DNA from: Paragordius varius
Lineage: Eukaryota; Animalia; Nematomorpha
Reading direction: 5' to 3'
NCBI GenBank assembly: GCA_964247055.1
Contig: OZ176050.1
Location: 5,952,001-6,016,000 of the forward strand
Length of the DNA stretch: 64,000 nt
Part shown: positions 1 through 14,586 of the stretch, piece by piece
How positions within the stretch are numbered: the stretch's first letter is position 1
How the letters are laid out: each line of letters starts with the position of its first letter
Made by a program: the position numbers and the translations under genes
The notes under the pieces: model-generated
Databases searched by the model: none
Seen by the model: the letters and a program-made list of their open reading frames with translations, nothing else
Told to the model about the DNA's origin: nothing

Positions 1-353
1 GAATGTTTTGATAAGGTATCTAAGTTTTTTTGTTAATTAATAATATAGGAATTCTGTTTTATAATTTTTTGAATCTTAGAGAAAATTTTTTTGTTAAATT
101 AGGTCAATAATGTCAATGAAAATATATAGTGATATGTCAAACCCTTAATGAAAATATTAAACAAAATTTGAAACACTTTTAGTATCACTTTGCTATTTTT
201 TATGAAAAAATATACTACTGCTATAATCCATAGTTACCAGTTTTCGATAAGGATAATATTTTTTGGTATTATTTTTTATTTATATACATTGTAAATTGTT
301 TTTTGTAAATATATATCCAGTAATACATTCAAAATGATTTCATATACATTTAG

Positions 354-3300
354 ACTGGTACATTGACGGAAGAGGGCTTAGATTATTGGGGTGTAGTACC
401 ATTACAAAAAATGGCTAACAAGTATTATTTACTAGCGAATTCATATTTTATTAATTTGAATATATTATATGATAAAGTTATATAACATTTAATTGACATT
501 ATCTGGGTTTTTCTTTTAGGTATGTTATGTATAATGGTTTAGTTTTTTTTGAAATTTTTCAGAATTTCCCAGAATTCTAACTCTACTTATAAATTTTAAA
601 CTAATCCTGACTTTTATCATCCAATACTATATAATTAACGTTTCCTGCTAATTTTGAGATCGAGATCAGGATAAAAACCATTTTTTAAGCTTATTAATAT
701 AAACGACAATATCCAATAAAATTAAACATTTTTCATTTTTTTCCAATAAATATAATAACTTTGTAAATAATTATGATATTTATAATAGTAATAAGTTTTT
801 ATTTAATTCGTATTTATCCCTGCTACTTTATCTTATAAAATAATTTTTGTTAGATTGGGACAACTCGTAAAAAACGTTGGTATTTGGGCCTCTTTGACAA
901 ATATCAGTAATGATGGTGGTTTGGGAGAATCTCTTAATATGTATAGATATTTATATGATAGTTAATTTGAATGTCATTTATTAACAGTCAAACCCTTTTT
1001 TGTAAAATACGTAATACTATCCAAAAAATATTGTAATAAGAATCATACTTTTAAATTTGGATATAAATATAGTATATAGATTAGCATGAACCCAAATTAT
1101 TAGTAATATCCAAACTTATCTATTAATTCAAACACATGTCTAATGAATTTTCCAGAAAAACTGAAAAATTAGTTTTACCCTTATTTATAGGCATAAATAG
1201 TATGTTACAAAAAGATATAAAGTCATTTTTAACATTAATCGCTTTTGTAAAAAATCGGGTTAACTCTAAATAATCCGTATAATATCAGGTTTTTGTTACA
1301 TATATGAATTTTATTTTTTATTTTTAGTGATGACCAAGATCGTAAATTATTATTGTATTGCATGGCATCTTGTCACAGTTTAACATTGGTTGATGGCGAG
1401 GTGTGTGGAGATCCGTTGGAACTTAAAATGTTTCAAGCAACTGATTGGGTTAATTTTTAGTTTTAACACGCACGCTTTCTTATTTTCCATGCCTTAAATT
1501 TAGTTTATGAAAATAAAATGATTATTTAAATTTCGAGTACTTTTTAAAACTTTTTTAGTGTTTTTTTGAATGATAATAATTTTTTAATGGTTTATGCATT
1601 CAATTTAAAAACTAATTATTTGATGTAAGTTGAAAATAGTTGTTACAGTATTGAATTAAAAACTGTTTAGGGTAAAATAATTTAATGTGTTAAATTTGTG
1701 TCTTGTTTTATATATGTATAATGAAGGCCAACTGTCAAATATATATATATAATAAAACAGATTTTGGAAGAACCTAATCCATTATTGTCGCCTGATTCAT
1801 CCCTCCTTCCCACCATTGTTAAACCTAAATTACAATCTTCAACATTGAACTTTGTTGAAGAGGATCCGAACACAATACTTAATTTGATCGAAATAGGTTT
1901 TTATTTTTATACGTAAATAAAACTTCATTATATTACTTTTTTAATGAACACTAAAATCAGTTAATTTTCATACCATTTATTTTAATATCTGTTTCGTGGA
2001 CAGTTATATATTTACTATCCTTGATTCATGTTTTTTTTTCAATAATTAATAATTAATGGAAATATACCATTTAGAATTTAAATTCACCCTTGAATAATTC
2101 ATATTCACTCTCTAACAATTCATATTCACCCTTGTTTTCGGGCTAAAATAAAATGAAAAATATATTCTTATGGCATAGTTTATTATTTTTTCAGTATTAT
2201 ATAAATTTTAAACAAAATTTCATTTTTTGAAAATATAAAATATAGGTAGTTTTTAACTTGAAAAAACACATAATTTATTTTAGGGTGAATTGAGGGTGAA
2301 TTCGAATTGTTTAAGGGTGAATTCGAACTGTAAATGGCATAGAATTGATTAACTTCTCGACACTATATCCTTGACGATATATATATCAAAACTGGTAACA
2401 TTAAAAATTTATTATTAAAATTTAATTATTAAGTTTGGAGCCGAAATATTTATGGCAAAATATACTATTCGAAATATGGTAAAATTAAATCATAATATTC
2501 ATATTTTATATTAGGTTTAATCAAGCATTTTGCCTTTTCGTCCACGCTTCAATGCATGAGTGTTATTGTAAAGATGCTCGGTCATCGAAACTTTGATGTC
2601 TTTACCAAGGGTGCACCAGAAAAAATTCTCTCATTATGTAACCATGAATCAGGTATATTAATGGATTATTTGCATTAATGTTTGAATATATAATAATAAA
2701 TTCTAAATTTTTTAAGATTTATAATTAAACGTCACACTAGATTTTTAGAATTGGTGGATAAATTAAAATAATTTTTTTTTTAAACTTCCATTTTTAACTG
2801 GTATATAAGCTATTCCAGTTGTAGGTCCTCATTATTTGATCATAAAAAGAATATAAAGATAATTTTAATTTTATAAATTTTGATTTATAATTTTATTTTT
2901 GCACTTAGTACCACCTGATTATTTGCAATCACTACGAATGTATACTGAAAAGGGGTTTCGTGTCATAGCGTTAGCGCATCGTAGTTTGAATAAAAAAATT
3001 ACATGGCATCACATTCATCGTATGAAAAGGTAAAATTTTATAAAATTTTATTTTTTTTCCTCCCCCCTACTAAATAAGCCATATGAAATAATTTTCTTTC
3101 CTTTATTAGAAATGAATTTGAAACTGATCTAAATTTTTTGGGATTTTTGATTTTGAAAAATTCGCTTAAACCATGTACCAAAGGCGTTATAGAGGAACTA
3201 CATTGTGCAGACATAAGGACTATAATGATAACAGGTACTAAGTTTTTTTCATTATTCATATGATACCTACAGTTATACCCCTTGGCTGCGTAGCGTGGTT

Positions 3301-6300
3301 TATTATCCGCATTATAACCCCCCTTTTCGATAGATAATTTAAAGTATAAATTAATTATCAGCTAATATGCAGTTTTTTAAATATTATATAAAATTATTTA
3401 TGTTTATTATTTTTTTGGGGTACTTATGATACCTCTAAAACATTCCCTAACATCAAATTAAGTCCTTATTAAAAAATCGTAAAGATGAATGTTGATCGGC
3501 ATGAGCTAATTAGCCACGTCCCTTTTATTTTAAAAAGTTTATATATATATATTAAAATGACAACTTTTAGGGGACAATATGTTGACAGCACTTAGCGTGG
3601 CTCATGAATGTAGCATGATTACAGATCACAAAAACAATACGATTGTTTGTTTGGAAATTGTTGGAAAAGTTACAAATAATGAGCCAAATAGTATACCGAT
3701 AGAAAAATTTGATATCACCTACGAAGTGTTGGAAAAAATTGATAAAGGTTTATTTAGTTATCTGATCTACTTTCTTTTTTAACAATCTTGAAAATAATCG
3801 AAATTTCTATTTTTATATTTTTTGCCAGAACGTATGTTATCATTCAGTAATAATGAAAATAGTCATCAAAATTCTGATAAAATCATTGGTCCGCTAAACG
3901 AACAGGTTTTATTTTACATGATATATAAATTTTATATTATATTGACATATTAATAAACCAAATATTTTAGGTTTCCATAGATATTTTTGAGGATAATATT
4001 GATGAAATCAAAAATCGGCATTCCAAAGTGAATCTGTTAAGTTCGGAAGAACAAGGGGGGGATAACAATACTTTTGATTCTCAACGTGTAATAAAGCCAT
4101 TACTTCAACTAAAAAATTTGAGTGCCTATGATAATCCAATTTATTTTGTATTAACTGGTGCAAATTACCAATTAATGGAATCGCATTTCCCACAATTTTT
4201 GGATAAGGTTATTAGAAAGTCTATTAATTATACAAAAAAACATATGGATTTTACAGTAAAATTGAATATACAGGGACACAACGTTAAAATATAAGGAGAA
4301 ATATGGTTGTTTTCAAAAAACAACCATATTTTTTTAAAAACCTTAGTTTTTCTTATATAAATAAATTATTTTATTCCAATTTTAAAAAACAAATTGACTG
4401 CGTTCCCAATATACATCATTGTTGCATATTTTGCAGTTTAAAACATCGAATCCCAAAAAACACAGCGATTTTTTGAAAAAAAATAATTGTCTTTATATAA
4501 TTACGTTTTGTCCGTATAGTTTTAATTTTTACTCTAAAATTATTTCTAAGTTAGGATGATTAAAAACTTGGCAATTATTTGAAAAAATTTGTTATCCTAG
4601 ATATATTATTATTAAAGTTGAGAGAATTACGCATTGTATTTATTTTTTCGATAAAGACTTTACTAAAAGTCGAAAATTAAAATATATATTTTTTATATTT
4701 GTACGCATTTCAAATTTTTTTAATAGATATATTATTATTTAGAATAATTTTTGATTTTTTATAAATATATTTAAATTAATTATATTACGGACCATTTTTG
4801 ACTTTTTTATCCAGATATTACCACAATCAAAAATTTATGCCCGCATGTCTCCAGATAATAAAACAGCTTTGATTGAGCGTTTAAAAAATAATGGGTAATA
4901 TTGTGAAATTTTATACAAATTATTTACTTTTAAACTATATTTTGATTATTTTTTTATTGAATTTTCTAGTTATATCGTAAGCATGTGCGGGGACGGCGCA
5001 AATGATTGTGGCGTAAGTATTTATTCTAAATTTTTTTTATTTTAATAAACTGACCTTTCGCCGCCAATCGAAGTTCCTAATTTTAATTTGGCTAAAAATC
5101 AAAAAACGTTTCTAATATTTTAGGTTTTTGATACATCTTGAAAAATAATACACATTTTTTTTCAAATTCAACCATTTTTAAATTCTAAAGTGTCTAAAAT
5201 TTATTTGATTAGAGTTGGTAAATATGGGGTTAAAGGACCCTCAACGCCATATCTTTCAACCTTATATTGAATAACCCTAATCATATTGGAATAATAAAAA
5301 ATAGATAAAAATATTTATGATTCTTTACTTCTAAAGTTGCGACTATTTATAAATATATTAGATTTTACATTAAATATTATATCATTTAAATAATTATTTC
5401 CTTATTCTTTAATAAAAAAGGAAAAAATAAACTAACCAATTTTTATTGTAACTATTGGAAACACAATGATATTAATTCAATTTATGATTAAAATCATTTT
5501 AAACGACGTTTAATACCATTTATTCAACGCATGCTTTTCACTTTTTATTTTTTTCCAAATTAAGGCTTTGAAAGCGGCTGATGTAGGAATATCACTCTCA
5601 GATGCGGAAGCTTCGATCGCTGCGCCATTTACAGCAAAAACTTTGTCTATTACTTGCGTACCTACTATCATTAGGTTTTTTTTTCTCTAGAATTTTTTTT
5701 TTATTAAAGAACAGTTAAAATTGATGAAATACAAAGACAAAACATTTATAAAAGCCATGTTTTTTAATTCTGTTCTTTTATTACCTCGTTTGGGGTTATT
5801 AGAAAAAAATATAAATTAATTTATTTGTATTTTACATTTGCAATGATATAGGTTATGTATAATTTTAGGAAAATATGATTTTTATAAATTATTAACATCA
5901 AAACACCTTATTTTTGTTAAAAAAATTATCTATATTGTATTTTATTCGTTATTAGGGAAGGTCGTTGCTCTCTTGTAACTTCATTTGGTATTTTCAAGTT
6001 TATGGCTCTTTATAGTCTTATACAATTTACATCTGTTCTCATACTTTATACGGTATATAATCATTATTACTAACTTTACAATCAATTAAACGCCAATTTG
6101 CTTTTGATAACTTTTAATTTTGCATCGATACATTTCAACATTTTTTTTGCAAATATTTTTTGTGAGAGAAATTATTTTTAAATCTTTTTCTAATTTTTAC
6201 AGTACGGACATAATTTATCAGATGTGCAATTTCTTTACATTGATTTGGGAATAATTACGACGTTGGCAATTTTCAGTGAGTAAAATTTTTAATTTTATGA

Positions 6301-9300
6301 AATGCATATTAGAGGATATTCAGCAATATATTCAGGGGTTTAGCTTTATATAATGAAACACATTCACTTTTTATCTCATGTTTAATTTTATGTTTGTACA
6401 AAATACTTGATACGAATACGATACGGATGTGATGATATGGGATTATTAATTCATATGATCCGTATAAAAAGTGTTACCAATATAATATATATATATATAT
6501 TACACATCCCCCTTGGGTAAAGGTGAGATGGTATGTTTTCTAATGCATTTTATCATGTACCAAATATATCCAATGAAATTTGCTGGAGCACTTTCCCAGG
6601 TCTCCACCCCTACCCCAATTTGTTTGTCATGTATATTAATTGATTCTTTCTAAATTGCCCCGGGCCAAATACGTTCTATTTTTTAGTCTTCACCCTCAAA
6701 AGTTCTAAACTTTATCTTGGCTCCCACCAAAAATATCTTTTCCCCTGAAACTTTCCCCCGCTCCGGAATGCGGTCTGGCACTCGATGATTGTCTCTTTAA
6801 GGGTAACTTTGGCATTTGTTCCGGCAAACCTGCCTGTTTTTACGCATGTTTTCAAGGTACGTATAACCCGTTCGATAAATTTGTTTGACTGTGGGTGATA
6901 GAGTGGATTAAATTGGTGGTCGAGTCAATATTATGTTCTTCACTGAATCTTTCAAACTGTCTGGACGCGAGTTGCGGACCGTTGTCCGAAACTAATCGTT
7001 CTGAGATACCGAATTAATCAAACAATGCGGTGAGTGCATTGATTGTCGTTTCATGGGGATGTTGGTTAAAACAACTTCCAACCAGCGTGAATAAGCATCG
7101 ATGACAGCCAACCAAAATTTATTTTCTATTGGTCCAGCGAAGTCAATGTGTACTCTTTCCTATGGTCGGTATACCGTAAGCCAATTGCCTGTTTCTCGTG
7201 GTGTTCACAGAGCTTCACCTTGTTTTTAATATCTTTATCCATATCCCATCATACTTTTTGTGCTACCACCTTCCCTACAATACCTGGATGCCCTGTATGT
7301 AAGTTTTCTAGAACCCGGTTCCTCAGTTTTATCACTATTCTTCCATCTCGAAATGAGATATCCTGTTCAGTCTTCCAAATTTAGATTTGAATTTAACTAA
7401 GCGGCGGTACGCATTTCGGCGTTTTGAAGTAACTTAGCAACGACTGATATTCTACCGTTGCTGTTCGTTTTTTTTCAATCAATAAACTAAAATTTTGCAA
7501 GTTAATGCTTCTGATTACTTGTTCGGTATGCGGGTCTTTCCTGCAGAAGATATGCCTGGCAGTGGTTATCTGGACAAGCAACCGCTATGATATTTTACCG
7601 CCAGGTTTATACTCGATTTTAAAATCATATTCCATTAATGATTAACCCCAACGTCGAAGGCGATTATTCGTAACTTTGGATAAGTCGCCTTTGATTCCAA
7701 AAATTTGTTCAAGCGGGTCTGTTTTGATTATAAACTTCCTTCCATAAATAAAATGATGGAATTTAGCTGCTGCAAACATGCTTGCTAATACTACTTTGTC
7801 AATAATCGAGAAAGTAAGCCTGTTCCGTTGTCGATAATATATGCGCGAGGAGTAAGAAACATGTTTAACGCAGTCTCCTTCTTTTTGGCACAACACAGCT
7901 CCGATACCTGATTCAGCCGCATCAGTTTCGATCATGATCCGTAATCGGATTATATATATATAGTGTCGATAGCTGAGATTTTGGTTTTAATGTTATTGAA
8001 GGTTTCCATATGTAATTTATTCCAAACGAATGTTTTTTTCCGTGACGTTGGGTCAACGGGTAGGCGCTTTTCTCTGTAGCATAGGAATGAACCTTTGGTG
8101 AAAATTTTTTAACCTCAGGAAACTTTTTAATTGTTGCCTATCTTTTGGTTGTTGAAATTTGATTGCCTTTGATGACTGCATATTTGGATGATATAATCAT
8201 TGCTGGAAAGGATACGGCGCGGCACGAAAGAAACGTTTGCGTATTTAAACTGCTATCAATTTTTGGGTTCAAAGTAAAAAAAGGACAAGGTGCGATACGG
8301 GCTACGGAGTGTTGAATATTTGGGAACGATGATTGACGGAAATTCATTCGATGGATGAAAAAGTACGGCATTTCTTTTATAATTTCATCCATCAAGCGTT
8401 GAAAAATTTTCGATGCCGTCGATAACCCAAAAGGTATTCGTGTGTAGCGAAAATTTTATATGCGTAGCTATCGTTAGCAAACGCTCGGTATCTTGGTCGA
8501 CAGGCACTTGGAAATGCGCTTCTCAGAGATCTAGCACTGTAAAGAACTGACCTCCACCGATCTTACTCATTTTATCTATTAATGGCATAATATAGAATTG
8601 CGTCGGTGCAGGATTGAGCGTATCCCAATAGTCCCAACAAACACGGACTGATTCGTTCTTTTTCTGTACATAATCCACCAGTGTGGACTGAGCGGTGTAT
8701 TATATCGAAGGGTCGACTTTGCGGATGACTCCGTTCAGTTGTAAATGTTCGAGCTCCTCCTCCCACTTCCCCTAAGAGTGGAATGGGTCGCCCCGGGAAT
8801 CGTTTCAGTGACGCTAAAGGATTGATTTGCTGCGTCATCGGTTCGACATTTATGGGTTTAAAGGAGTTATTGCACAACGAAAGATATTGATTGAATATCT
8901 CCACGTGATGGACTACAAGATTCGCACCTGTTCTGGAAGTACCATATCAAAAGCAATTATCCACAGTAAACCAAACAATGGACAAGCATTATCTGCTGTT
9001 ACCCATGCGTCCACGGTTTTGGTTACATGATTGACAGTTATTTTGGGTTGCGTAACTCCCAAGATATCAATTTCGTTATTATTATAATCTAAATATTTTA
9101 TATTACCACATAGTTTGAAAGTGGCAATGTCATCTAACATGACTTTGTTGATCAAGCTGACTTTAAGCACCAGTGTCGAAAGTGAAAATAAATTTCTTAT
9201 CATTAATTACAACTGGAATGGCAGCCTTTTGTTTGGAGTATATAGTTGTGTGGTACTTCCAAAACAGCTGCGAATTAACCAAGTCGTTAAACAACCATCG

Positions 9301-10898
9301 GTTAACGTGGAGATACTCGATCAATACCCATCGTTGTTTGATAACGGTGAAGCTTATTGATCCTTTAGCTTCACCGAAACGATTCCCGGTTAAAGAGTAC
9401 CCATCCTCTTCGCGATACGGATATGATGATATGGGATTATTCATTCAGATCAATATAAAAGTGTATCACGTGTTGCCAAGAAATTATATATATACTACAA
9501 TACTAATATTAATGTTTACCAGTTCAATTTCATATTTTTTTGGAAAATTTTATTTATTACATTTTAGTGGGTAAAACTGGTCCCTTTCCCAAATTGATTT
9601 GTGAAAAACCGCCAAGTTGTTTGATGACACAAGCAAATCTTATCGGCATTTTTTGTCAAATTTCACTCCAGATAATTTTTCAAGTTATGGGTCTTTTTTT
9701 CGTTATGCGACAACCATGGTATTTATTTTCAGTTCTTAATGCATCTAATTTTATATTTATATCGTATCGTAATAAAATACTTCTTTGCGTTTTGTTTAAG
9801 GTTTAAGGACCATGTACTACCTATGGAAAGCAAATCAGAATTAGCTACTTGGCACACTACATCAATCTTTTGGATTTCATGTTTCCAATATTTGATAATG
9901 GTCATTGTTTATTCATATGGCAAACCGTTTCGATTACCATTATACACAAATGGTATTTTAATTGATTAAATTTTTACCAATTTTATTAAACATATAATCC
10001 TTTTTTTATAATTTTTGTAAATTTTTATGGCCAGTTTTTTGGTAAATACTATTGTGTACATTATGATAAATAATTTTTTTAATTAGTCAACCTCTTGCTC
10101 AATTTGCTGTTGGTGAGTATTTTTAACTTGATTCTTATCTTTGGGCCTTTCAGACGTCTTCAGTCCTTTTTTCAGGTTTTTTCTTAAATAATTGAAAAAC
10201 AATCAATATTTTTGCTGATAATCAAAAAATACAATGTTAAAGATCTATTATTTTAAACAAATTAAGTATTTTTTTGAATTGCATTGTCTAATTTTTCTTA
10301 TCAAAATAACCCAATTTAGGCTATTTAAATTATTTTGTGTAATATATAAATATATTTATTTATTTAATAAATGATAAATGTGTTACCATTTTTATAGTTT
10401 CCCATCGATGAAAAATATCACTTGAAATTCCGTGTTATGTTATGCGTGATCATATGCCTTAATATTTTGGCTTCCATAATTTTTGAGGTATTATTTAATC
10501 GGAATTTTCTATCAAACCACATAATTACAAATGATTCTTAAATTATTTACATAAATTTGGATAAAGGAACTTATAGGATGTGTCTTTTTTAAGATCACTC
10601 TATATTTATGGGATAATATTACCTGGTTTTTAACGGCACATATATGATTTTTATCTTACCGTTTTTGGTATTCACACACTGTTATTAATTTTAGAAAGTA
10701 TTAATGCGATGCGCTTTTTTGCGCCCTTCATTGAATGACTCAATTTTTTCCGCAAAACGATCTCAAAAGCTGAATAAAAGTAAAGATGAGATGGAAAGCA
10801 TAGAAAATGGAAATGTATCAACATTTAGCTTTCCTGATTCGCACATCACACAAGATTGGATTGTTAAAAATTTGTTACCTAAGCATGGTCATTCCTGA
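354..10898 (+). CDS. ATP13A: P5B-type ATPase (ATP13A2/3-like), 5'-partial (start lies upstream of the window)
   Basis: Exons 354-421, 854-940, 1328-1448, 1761-1896, 2515-2652, 2909-3029, 3110-3234, 3571-3747, 3829-3905, 3971-4207, 4815-4894, 4970-5012, 5565-5674, 5956-6052, 6203-6275, 9568-9718, 9801-9952, 10087-10175, 10398-10487, 10695-10898. Motifs: [10 protein letters not shown] (phosphorylation loop DK|TGTLT), [77 protein letters not shown]. The last junction is the least certain. Confidence 0.93.
2067..2337. mobile_element. Non-autonomous TIR element (MITE family A, CCATTT termini, TA target, probably Tc1/mariner superfamily) in an ATP13A intron
   Basis: Left TA-CCATTTAGAATTTAAATTCACCCTT, right AAGGGTGAATTCGAACTGTAAATGG. 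Repeated subterminal ATTCACCCT/AGGGTGAAT. Second copy at 53197-53418. Confidence 0.75.
4271..4514. mobile_element. MITE family B (TA-flanked, CGGACAAAACG termini) in an ATP13A intron
   Basis: Left TA-CAGGGACACAACG, right CGTTTTGTCCG-TA. Right subterminal sequence resembles the copy at 11154-11389. Confidence 0.6.
6422..9500 (-). mobile_element. Decayed Ty3/Gypsy LTR retrotransposon (Mag/K02A2.6-like) in the ATP13A intron 6276-9567, antisense to the host gene
   Basis: Minus-strand frameshifted pol in the order protease (FTFDTGA ~9165), RT (~8900-8140), RNase H ([30 protein letters not shown], 7642-7935), integrase ([21 protein letters not shown] ~7150-6890). Diverged ~80-bp terminal repeats at 6422-6506 and 9416-9500. 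PPT AAGGGGGA next to the 3' LTR (6507-6514). PBS-like TCGCGAAGAGGATGG at 9415-9401. Flanks TACGA/TACTA (4/5 match, possible TSD). Confidence 0.9.
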
Positions 10899-11153
10899 CA
10901 TTCCATTTTATATTGCTATATTTTTTCTACAAAAATTGTTTATAATAAATTACGGAGATCATTTGTAATATATTGGTGGATAATTAAGATATGACAAATA
11001 TCGTAAAAACGATTAAGCAAAAAAATCACATTTAAGGAGTAAGAGTTTCAATGAACTATTTGATTTAAAATATATTTAAGTATCGGAAGTGTCGAATAAG
11101 CTATAAACCATTTCTACCATTTTTAATTTAATATATTATCATAAATAATTATA

Positions 11154-11389
11154 CGGACAAAACGTAAAAAAATACTTTTTTTCAAAAGACAACATACTTT
11201 TTTAAACTTAAATTTCCGTTTTTAATTAATTGCAATTGTAAAATATATAATGGATTTTGTTACCATTATATATGCATATTTCCTACTTTGCATTTTTAAA
11301 CAATGGTTTATATTAAAAAAATCCGGATTTTTAAGTATGGTTGTGTTTTAGGAAAAAATAATTGCCCTTTTATTTTTCCGTTTTGTCCG
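11154..11389. mobile_element. MITE family B
   Basis: Perfect TA-CGGACAAAACG ... CGTTTTGTCCG-TA terminal inverted repeat; related to 4271-4514. Confidence 0.7.
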
Positions 11390-11711
11390 TATAATTTTTT
11401 ACTCTAAAATATAACTTTTGCCCCATTAAATCTATTTTAATAAATGCATTATTTAAATAAACCTAACAAAAGGGTTTAAATTATGAAAATAAATATTTTT
11501 GAGTATATTTCAGTTAAACGTTAGATAGCCTCTTTAATCTCAGCTGATCTTTCTTTAAAGATATTTTTACGCTTTTAGGGTTGCTAGCTAGGGTTATAGT
11601 TAAAATATGATAGTTGAAATGTGTTGTGAAATCGTTATATTCTTTAGTTGTCACTGCCAAATCGTTCAGTGCGCACAATAATCGGCTTTTCAATTTATCG
11701 AATATCCAGAC

Positions 11712-11947
11712 CAGGGGTTTCCAACATGCGGCCCTCCAAAATATATCCGCCTACAAAATTTTACGAAATTTAAGTAAATTATTGTTTTTAAACAAATTTT
11801 TGAATAAGTTTTTCCGAATTTCGGCAACTATTGTATAAATAAGTATTAGTTTTTATAATATTATATTTAAAATCTAATAAAATATTTGTTAATGCCCAAG
11901 TATTTTGGGAATGTGGCCAGTCAAGTCATTTATGTTGGACATACCTG
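11712..11947. mobile_element. hAT-type MITE (family C)
   Basis: Left CAGGGGTTTCCAACATGCGGCCC, right GTGGCC...TTATGTTGGACATACCTG. Same end types as 12253-12541 and 26991-27164. TSD not preserved. Confidence 0.6.
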
Positions 11948-12252
11948 AAGACTAATTTCCCTGGCATATATTAAAGATGTATTTACTATATAAACATAAA
12001 GAGGTGTCATTATAATAAATTATACGTTTTTTATTGATTATATTTATTAAAAAACATTTTCAATTCAGTATTATGACAGCCATTGATTAGGAAATTCGAA
12101 TTTGTCACATCAAAATACTTTTTAATAGGATCGATATTATTAAATAATTATACAAGCATCATTGAAATATTGTCATACAACATCCTAACAGGGTATAAAT
12201 GTTTTAACTGTAATCATCTTTAATATTGGTCCAGGTTGTTAAAAATGTAATA

Positions 12253-12541
12253 CAGGGGTGTCCAACACAAATGTCTTCGACGGCCGCATTTTTGATTGAC
12301 AGAAACGGCGGGCCGCATTCAATATATATATGGGCATTCATAAAAAATTTAGATTTTGAACATAAAAATGTAAAATGCAAACACGATAGATATACCAATT
12401 TTTTCTAGTTCGCTGTCAATTAAATGGACATATTAAAAAGATTTATATAATAAATATCAATTTTACTTAGATCTTTTATGTATATAATTTGCACTTTATG
12501 AGTTTTCAAATTTTTCGTGGGCCGCATGTTGGACACTCCTG
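12253..12541. mobile_element. hAT-type MITE (family C)
   Basis: TIRs CAGGGGTGTCCAAC / GTTGGACACTCCTG with subterminal GGCCGC motifs. TSD not clearly preserved. Confidence 0.75.
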
Positions 12542-13443
12542 GACAAATATAGGAACTAGGTTCTCATAAAGATCAGGTGATGAGACCTTACAATCTAAAC
12601 AATGTGGCTTTAGTTAACGCGACCAGATATTTTTGACCCCAAAGCGCTACGAAATAGATAACCATTTATACAAGATATTATGGGAAATATGCAAATAATT
12701 ATTTATTTGTTTTAAATAGCATCGGTATACAATTGATTACGAGCAAGAGTATGTTGTGTTTTTTAAATAATGAGTATTTTAAATTAGTCCATCATTGCAG
12801 CCAAGTTCGGAAATAACATAGCTTAAATTAATGAATGGTGAAATGCAAAAAATTATTAATTAATGTATAATCGGTTAAATTAAACCAAATATACACTAAT
12901 AAACAATGGCAAGCTATTTAAAATTTTATCAAATACATATAATTCAATGTTGGCAAGAAAATAACCGGAATCGGGTTGATTCACAAATGTTGCCAGAAAC
13001 ACGATAGCTTTAACTTATCGGAACAAGATCCCTTATAATATATCCATATTAGTAGCAGAGTGTTTCGATTTGATGCCCCCTTGTAATTTGCTTGCTAAAA
13101 AAGTTTAACAAATTCATTTTTTATAAGGTTGTTGCTAATATATATATTTGGAAAATATAATATTTTTTTATGAGTTTTGAAAAAGTTATTCTAGACAAAA
13201 TATGATAAGCCCATCATTTCTATATTTTCCTTGATAAATTGGTTCAAATATAAACTGTGCTTTTCACACATACATACTCATTTATTAATGCAACTTAATT
13301 TTTTAATTGAATTTTAAGGTAGGTATCTTCGAAAGCCTTGAATTATGTCGAAAAAGTGTTTGTATAAAATTTTAAAATGAGTGATACCGTTTCTGCTTCA
13401 ATATAAAATAAATTTTATGTTTTACTCATAATATATATTTATT

Positions 13444-13821
13444 CAGGGGCGTACCGAGGGGAGGGCAAGGGGGTGCATCATGCCCCGGGCGCCGTTATTT
13501 AGGGGCGCCTAAATGATTTTTTAAAGTATTGTTCGCCATTATCATAAGATCAATCCAATTGCAACAAAAACATGATTTTATATATAATTTCCATATTATA
13601 GAATTTAAGGATATTTATGATTTAAAAATGAATAAATTTAGTATCTTATAATAATATATTTAATATAAAATTTATATGACTGTGCTGTCTTATCCATGGT
13701 GTTTAGGGTACAACGTTTGTATTTTTTTTCTAAATTTATTGGCTTTTTTTAAAAAAAGGGGAAAGGGGGGCGCCCTAAAAATTTTATGCCCCGGGCGCCG
13801 CAAATGCTCGGTACGCCACTG
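13444..13821. mobile_element. hAT-type MITE (family D) with perfect 8-bp TSD
   Basis: TIRs CAGGGGCGTACCGAG / CTCGGTACGCCACTG. TSD TATTTATT at 13436-13443 and 13822-13829. ATGCCCCGGGCGCCG occurs near both ends. Confidence 0.88.
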
Positions 13822-14501
13822 TATTTATTTGACAATTTTATTTAATAAAAATTCAAATAATTGGTATTTCTTAAAAAGTACTTTTTTGAATGTGCATAAA
13901 AGGCATGTGCATATTTTTAAATTGACCCATATTAAAGATGATATTTTTAAAGTCAATAATATATGAACTCTCATGTATCCCAAAGAGTATCAGTTAGACT
14001 GTTAGGAATAACACCCTATTTTAGTGGACTCAACTGTTTTCGTCCCACACAAAATATAAAAGTTTTAATAGATATATTTCTATTTTAATATATATATGAT
14101 ATATCTCAAATTTTTTGAAATTAGGCTAATGTCACCAAATTAGCATATTGTATAGTTTTGCGATTTTCTCATAATAATATTATTAAATGACGTGTTAAAC
14201 CCAACATTAAAAGCACCAAAATCCTAATACATATATTACCGGAATATATAAAAGAGCACAAAATCGATGGCATAAAAATATTCAGATTAAATCTGATAGA
14301 AAAAAGTATCAATTTTGTTTTCGCTGTTATAATTTTGGGGGCAGTAATTTTTCTATATCAAAAGTCGCAAAATTAGCCCAAAAATAATTTTTTTGGTAAA
14401 ATTATAAGTTGAAACTAAAACACATTGCTTTAGATCATAATATATAGATATTAATAATGTTTATATTAATAGAATAAATAAGAAAAACGCATTATTACTA
14501 A

Positions 14502-14586
14502 TAAAATAGTAAAGACTAAATGCAATTTATTTAATAAATATAATATTTAATTTTTAAATAAATGGCATTTAGTCTTTACTATTTTA
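14502..14586. repeat. Near-perfect 33-bp inverted repeat (hairpin, 19-nt loop)
   Basis: TAAAATAGTAAAGACTAAATGCAATTTATTTAA (14502-14534) versus the reverse complement of 14554-14586, with one mismatch. Confidence 0.85.
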
